The notes beneath the pieces are model-generated. The model was not told the origin of the DNA. It ran no database searches and was given only the letters and a program-made list of their open reading frames with translations. Both the position numbers and the translations under genes were made by a program. DNA of 64,000 nt from Candidatus Sumerlaeales bacterium. Its GTDB lineage: Bacteria > Sumerlaeota > Sumerlaeia > Sumerlaeales > Sumerlaeaceae. Every line of letters begins with the position of its first letter. Positions within the stretch are counted from its first letter, which is position 1. Shown piece after piece: positions 60,842-64,000 of this stretch. The stretch is taken from contig JBBSQY010000005.1 of NCBI GenBank assembly GCA_038243585.1, positions 1 through 64,000 of the forward strand, given 5' to 3'.

Positions 60842-62794
60842 ATGGTGAACTCGGTGTCGACAACGGCAGACGCGCAACACATGATCGAAGTGAAGCTTCC
60901 CGATGGTTCAACAAGGGAAGTGCCCGCGAACTCCACATTGATGGACCTTGCAAGAGAGATAGGTCCTGGCCTCGCGAAAGCTGCCCTAGGTGGGAAAATT
61001 AATGGCCAACTCGTAGATCTGAGCACACCGATCACTGAACCGTCCGATGTGCAACTGGTGACATGGCGCGATGACGAAGGCCGCGAAATGTTTCGCCACA
61101 CATCAACCCATATAATGGCTCAGGCTCTAAAGCGGATAATTCCCGACGCAAAATTGACGATTGGCCCTCCCCTTGCAGACAGCTTCTATTATGACTTCGA
61201 TGTAAAAGAACCGCTCACGCCTGAGATTCTTGAAAAAATTGAAGCCGAGATGGAAAAAATTGTCCAGGAAGGACTTGAACTCAGCCGCACGGAGATTTCC
61301 CGCGAGGAAGCCCTTAAGCTATTTACCGAGCAGGATGAACCGTATAAGTTGGAGTTGATTAACAACCTCCCCCCGGATGCCGTCATCTCTTGCTATCAAC
61401 AAGGCGAGTTTGTCGATCTTTGCCGCGGACCTCACGTTCCAAACACGTCATATATCAAGTCCGTTAAGCTACTCAACGTATCTGGTTGCTACTGGCGTGC
61501 CGATGCAAAAAACCAAGTTCTGCAGCGAGTCTACGGCACCAGTTTTCCAGACAAAAAACAACTGGCGGAACATCTTCGTATACTTGAAGAAGCAAAAAAA
61601 CGGGATCATCGCCGGATCGGCAAAGATTTGGACCTGTTCTCTTTTCAGGATGAGGGCCCCGGCTTTCCGTTCTTTCACCCAAATGGCATGGTCGTATATA
61701 ACGAGATTATTGAGTTTATCCGCTCAGAACTGGCAGCGCGAGATTACGTTGAGATCATGACACCCATGATTCTCAATGAAGAACTCTGGCACAAAAGCGG
61801 GCACTACGAGCATTACAAAGAAAATATGTACTTCACGGAAATAGACGAAGGTGAGTTTGCAGTAAAGCCGATGAACTGCCCCGGCTGTGCCCTTGTGTTT
61901 CGCAATGGCTTGCGCAGCTATCGTGAACTACCATTAAAGATGGCCGAATTCGGTCGAGTTCATCGCCATGAACTAAGCGGCGCTCTTCATGGACTTTTCC
62001 GCGTCCGCAGCTTCACCCAGGACGATGCCCATATCTTCTGCACCCCGGATCAGTTAGAAGCCGCGGTCACTGAGGCAATTGAATTAATTCAGCGGGTCTA
62101 CGAAGTATTCGGGTTTAAAGATTATCACATGGAACTGTCTACTCGCCCGGAAAAGAGCATTGGGTCTGAGGAAATGTGGAGCAATGCAACAGCTTCACTT
62201 CAGAACTCTCTGGAAAAACTCGATGTAAAATTTAAAATGAACCCGGGCGATGGCGCATTCTACGGCCCCAAGATTGACTTTCACGTCAAAGACTGTCTCA
62301 ACAGGACATGGCAGTGCGGAACAATCCAAGTCGATTTTTCAATGCCAGAGCGATTCGACCTGAATTACGTTGGTCCTGACGGACTTAAGCACCGCCCAGT
62401 CATGGTCCATCGGGCAGTGGTCGGATCCCTGGAGCGTTTTATTGGCGTTTTGATCGAACACACCGCTGGTAATTTCCCAACATGGCTGGCCCCAATGCAG
62501 GTGGTGGTGCTGCCAATTTCTGAAAAGAGTCTGGAATATGGTAGAACTATTCTGGGATCTCTTAAAAGCAAGGGAATCCGTGCGAGTCTTGACGAATCCG
62601 AAGATAAAATCAGTGCCAAGATTAGAAACTCGGAACTGAAAAAGATCCCGTACATGCTGATTGTTGGTGAAAAAGAAGCAGCGGCGGGAACTATTGGCGT
62701 TCGTCGTCATGGCAAAGGCGATTTAGGAGCACAAAATAGCGAAGAATTCTTTGTTTCTCTGCAACGGGAAATTACCGAACGTCGTCGTGACTGA
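60842..62794 (+). CDS. thrS: Threonine--tRNA ligase (start 60842-60881 uncertain)
   Basis: TGS domain, RHT.TH, DLCRGPH, KRDHR, KPMNCP, R.F.QDDAH, GAFYGPKID, HRA..GSLERF. Confidence 0.98.
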   Translation: MVNSVSTTADAQHMIEVKLPDGSTREVPANSTLMDLAREIGPGLAKAALGGKINGQLVDLSTPITEPSDVQLVTWRDDEGREMFRHTSTHIMAQALKRIIPDAKLTIGPPLADSFYYDFDVKEPLTPEILEKIEAEMEKIVQEGLELSRTEISREEALKLFTEQDEPYKLELINNLPPDAVISCYQQGEFVDLCRGPHVPNTSYIKSVKLLNVSGCYWRADAKNQVLQRVYGTSFPDKKQLAEHLRILEEAKKRDHRRIGKDLDLFSFQDEGPGFPFFHPNGMVVYNEIIEFIRSELAARDYVEIMTPMILNEELWHKSGHYEHYKENMYFTEIDEGEFAVKPMNCPGCALVFRNGLRSYRELPLKMAEFGRVHRHELSGALHGLFRVRSFTQDDAHIFCTPDQLEAAVTEAIELIQRVYEVFGFKDYHMELSTRPEKSIGSEEMWSNATASLQNSLEKLDVKFKMNPGDGAFYGPKIDFHVKDCLNRTWQCGTIQVDFSMPERFDLNYVGPDGLKHRPVMVHRAVVGSLERFIGVLIEHTAGNFPTWLAPMQVVVLPISEKSLEYGRTILGSLKSKGIRASLDESEDKISAKIRNSELKKIPYMLIVGEKEAAAGTIGVRRHGKGDLGAQNSEEFFVSLQREITERRRD

Positions 62795-62834
62795 TGAAAT
62801 TAACAGATTTTCAATAGCCAATTAGAGCAAAAGT

Positions 62835-62877
62835 TGCTGCCATGAGAGGCGTGATTATAATGCCTCTCATGGCAGCA
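62835..62877. repeat. Perfect 16-bp inverted repeat downstream of thrS
   Basis: TGCTGCCATGAGAGGC-N11-GCCTCTCATGGCAGCA. Confidence 0.85.
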
Positions 62878-62920
62878 GCAGCAGCACTAAAAAAAAAATT
62901 AACTACAATGAGGCTTCCAT

Positions 62921-62934
62921 AGAACAAACGTTCT
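62921..62934. promoter_or_regulatory. Candidate LexA (SOS) box, GAAC-N4-GTTC type
   Basis: AGAACAAACGTTCT, 43 bp upstream of a DNA-repair radical SAM gene. Confidence 0.65.
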
Positions 62935-62977
62935 TGAGCAAAATAGTACCTATAATGTTTATAGGTGCAATTTGATA

Positions 62978-64000
62978 ATGGACGTTCAGGCCAAACTTGC
63001 CATACTTGCAGATGCAGCCAAATACGACGCGTCTTGTGCTAGTAGCGGTGTAAAACGTAAGAATGTGGGTGGGTTGGGCAATTCTGACGGCACTGGAATT
63101 TGTCACAGCTACACGCCCGATGGGCGGTGTGTGTCACTGCTAAAAATCCTACTTACAAATTTTTGCATCTACGACTGTGCCTACTGCATTAACCGAGTAT
63201 CCAGTAACGTTCAACGAGCAAAATTTTCCGCTGCTGATGTCGTCAATCTGACCTTAGAATTTTACCGCAGAAATTATATTGAAGGTTTATTTCTAAGCAG
63301 TGGGGTAATTGGGTCTCCTGATGCAACCATGGAAGAAATGGTTAAAGCTGCTCGATGCCTTCGCGAGGATCACAAATTTGGAGGCTACATCCACCTGAAG
63401 GCCGTTGCCGGGTGTAGCCCGGAATTGGTAGCTAAGGCTGGCTTATATGCGGATCGGTTGAGCGCAAACATTGAAATGCCGCGACAGTCCGACTTGGATG
63501 CGCTGGCTCCGGCTAAAAATTTCGTAGAAATCGAAGCAGGAATGACGCGAATTAAAACTGAAATCTTACAAGCCAAAGATAACGCAAAAACGTTAAGAGC
63601 TTCTAAGCCCCCATCATACGCTCCCGCCGGTCAAAGTACGCAGATGATTGTCGGCGCCACTTCAAGCACTGATTCCGATATTTTGGGCACCTCTTCCAGG
63701 CTTTATCAAACCCACAATCTGCGCAGAGTTTATTATACTGCGTTTAGCCCAATTCCAGATAGTGACCCTCGACTACCAATGCAAACTCCGCCGCTCCTGC
63801 GAGAGCATCGCCTTTACCAGGCAGACTGGCTATTGCGTTTTTACGGATTTAAAAAAGAGGAACTTTTCACTCAGGATAAACAAAACCTTAATCCAGACAT
63901 GACACCTAAATTAGCTTGGGCTTTGCGTCATCTGGAACTTTTCCCCGTTGACGTTAACCGTTGCTCAAGAGAGATGCTTTTGCGCGTACCCGGTATTGGC
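62978..64000 (+). CDS. Putative DNA modification/repair radical SAM protein (TIGR03916 type), 3'-truncated; absent from the ORF track
   Basis: Manual translation: MDVQAKLAILADAAKYDASCASSG, GICHSYTPDGRCVSLLKILLTNFCIYDCAYC (CxxxCxxC), NYIEGLFLSSG, PAGQSTQMIVGA, REHRLYQADWL, ends LLRVPGIG. Confidence 0.95.
   Translation, partial: MDVQAKLAILADAAKYDASCASSGVKRKNVGGLGNSDGTGICHSYTPDGRCVSLLKILLTNFCIYDCAYCINRVSSNVQRAKFSAADVVNLTLEFYRRNYIEGLFLSSGVIGSPDATMEEMVKAARCLREDHKFGGYIHLKAVAGCSPELVAKAGLYADRLSANIEMPRQSDLDALAPAKNFVEIEAGMTRIKTEILQAKDNAKTLRASKPPSYAPAGQSTQMIVGATSSTDSDILGTSSRLYQTHNLRRVYYTAFSPIPDSDPRLPMQTPPLLREHRLYQADWLLRFYGFKKEELFTQDKQNLNPDMTPKLAWALRHLELFPVDVNRCSREMLLRVPGIG

Noticed and set aside
62903..63902. 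Short track ORFs 62903-63106, 63385-63576 and 63648-63902
   Set aside because: Explained as shadows of the radical SAM gene in another frame.
1..64000. CRISPR arrays, transposases, integrases, prophage or defence systems
   Set aside because: No spaced direct repeats or diagnostic protein motifs seen; intergenic regions are all short.

Overview
A 64-kb core-genome window from a diderm bacterium (lpxA, peptidoglycan DacB, type II secretion/type IV pilus genes), with about 46 coding regions and no rRNA, tRNA, CRISPR array or mobile element that I can support. The lineage cannot be fixed from sequence alone; my impression is an under-studied phylum such as Ca. Sumerlaeota/BRC1, which is unverified. 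Housekeeping genes (dnaA, recF, priA, clpC, clpX, lon, dnaJ, thrS, trmD, gpsA-plsY, gltA, fbaB, ribE-ribBA, lpxA) are largely detached from their usual operon partners. The most interesting signal is a dispersed toolkit for maturing exported proteins. It comprises a Bacteroidota-type glutaminyl-cyclase-like M28 enzyme with Gln at the apparent +1 position of about half the exported proteins, a 1676-aa gingipain/PorU-like C25 peptidase with a TPR partner, and a pilD-HEAT-O-antigen-ligase-like operon. It also includes three adjacent GT-C glycosyltransferases and a recurring [ST][ST]x[ST] motif in exported proteins that could be a glycosylation sequon. Two regulatory candidates stand out: a GAAC-N4-GTTC SOS box before a DNA-repair radical SAM gene that the ORF track misses, and a structured thrS leader with a tRNA-Thr anticodon-like loop. 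All calls are by-eye motif recognition; no searches were run.
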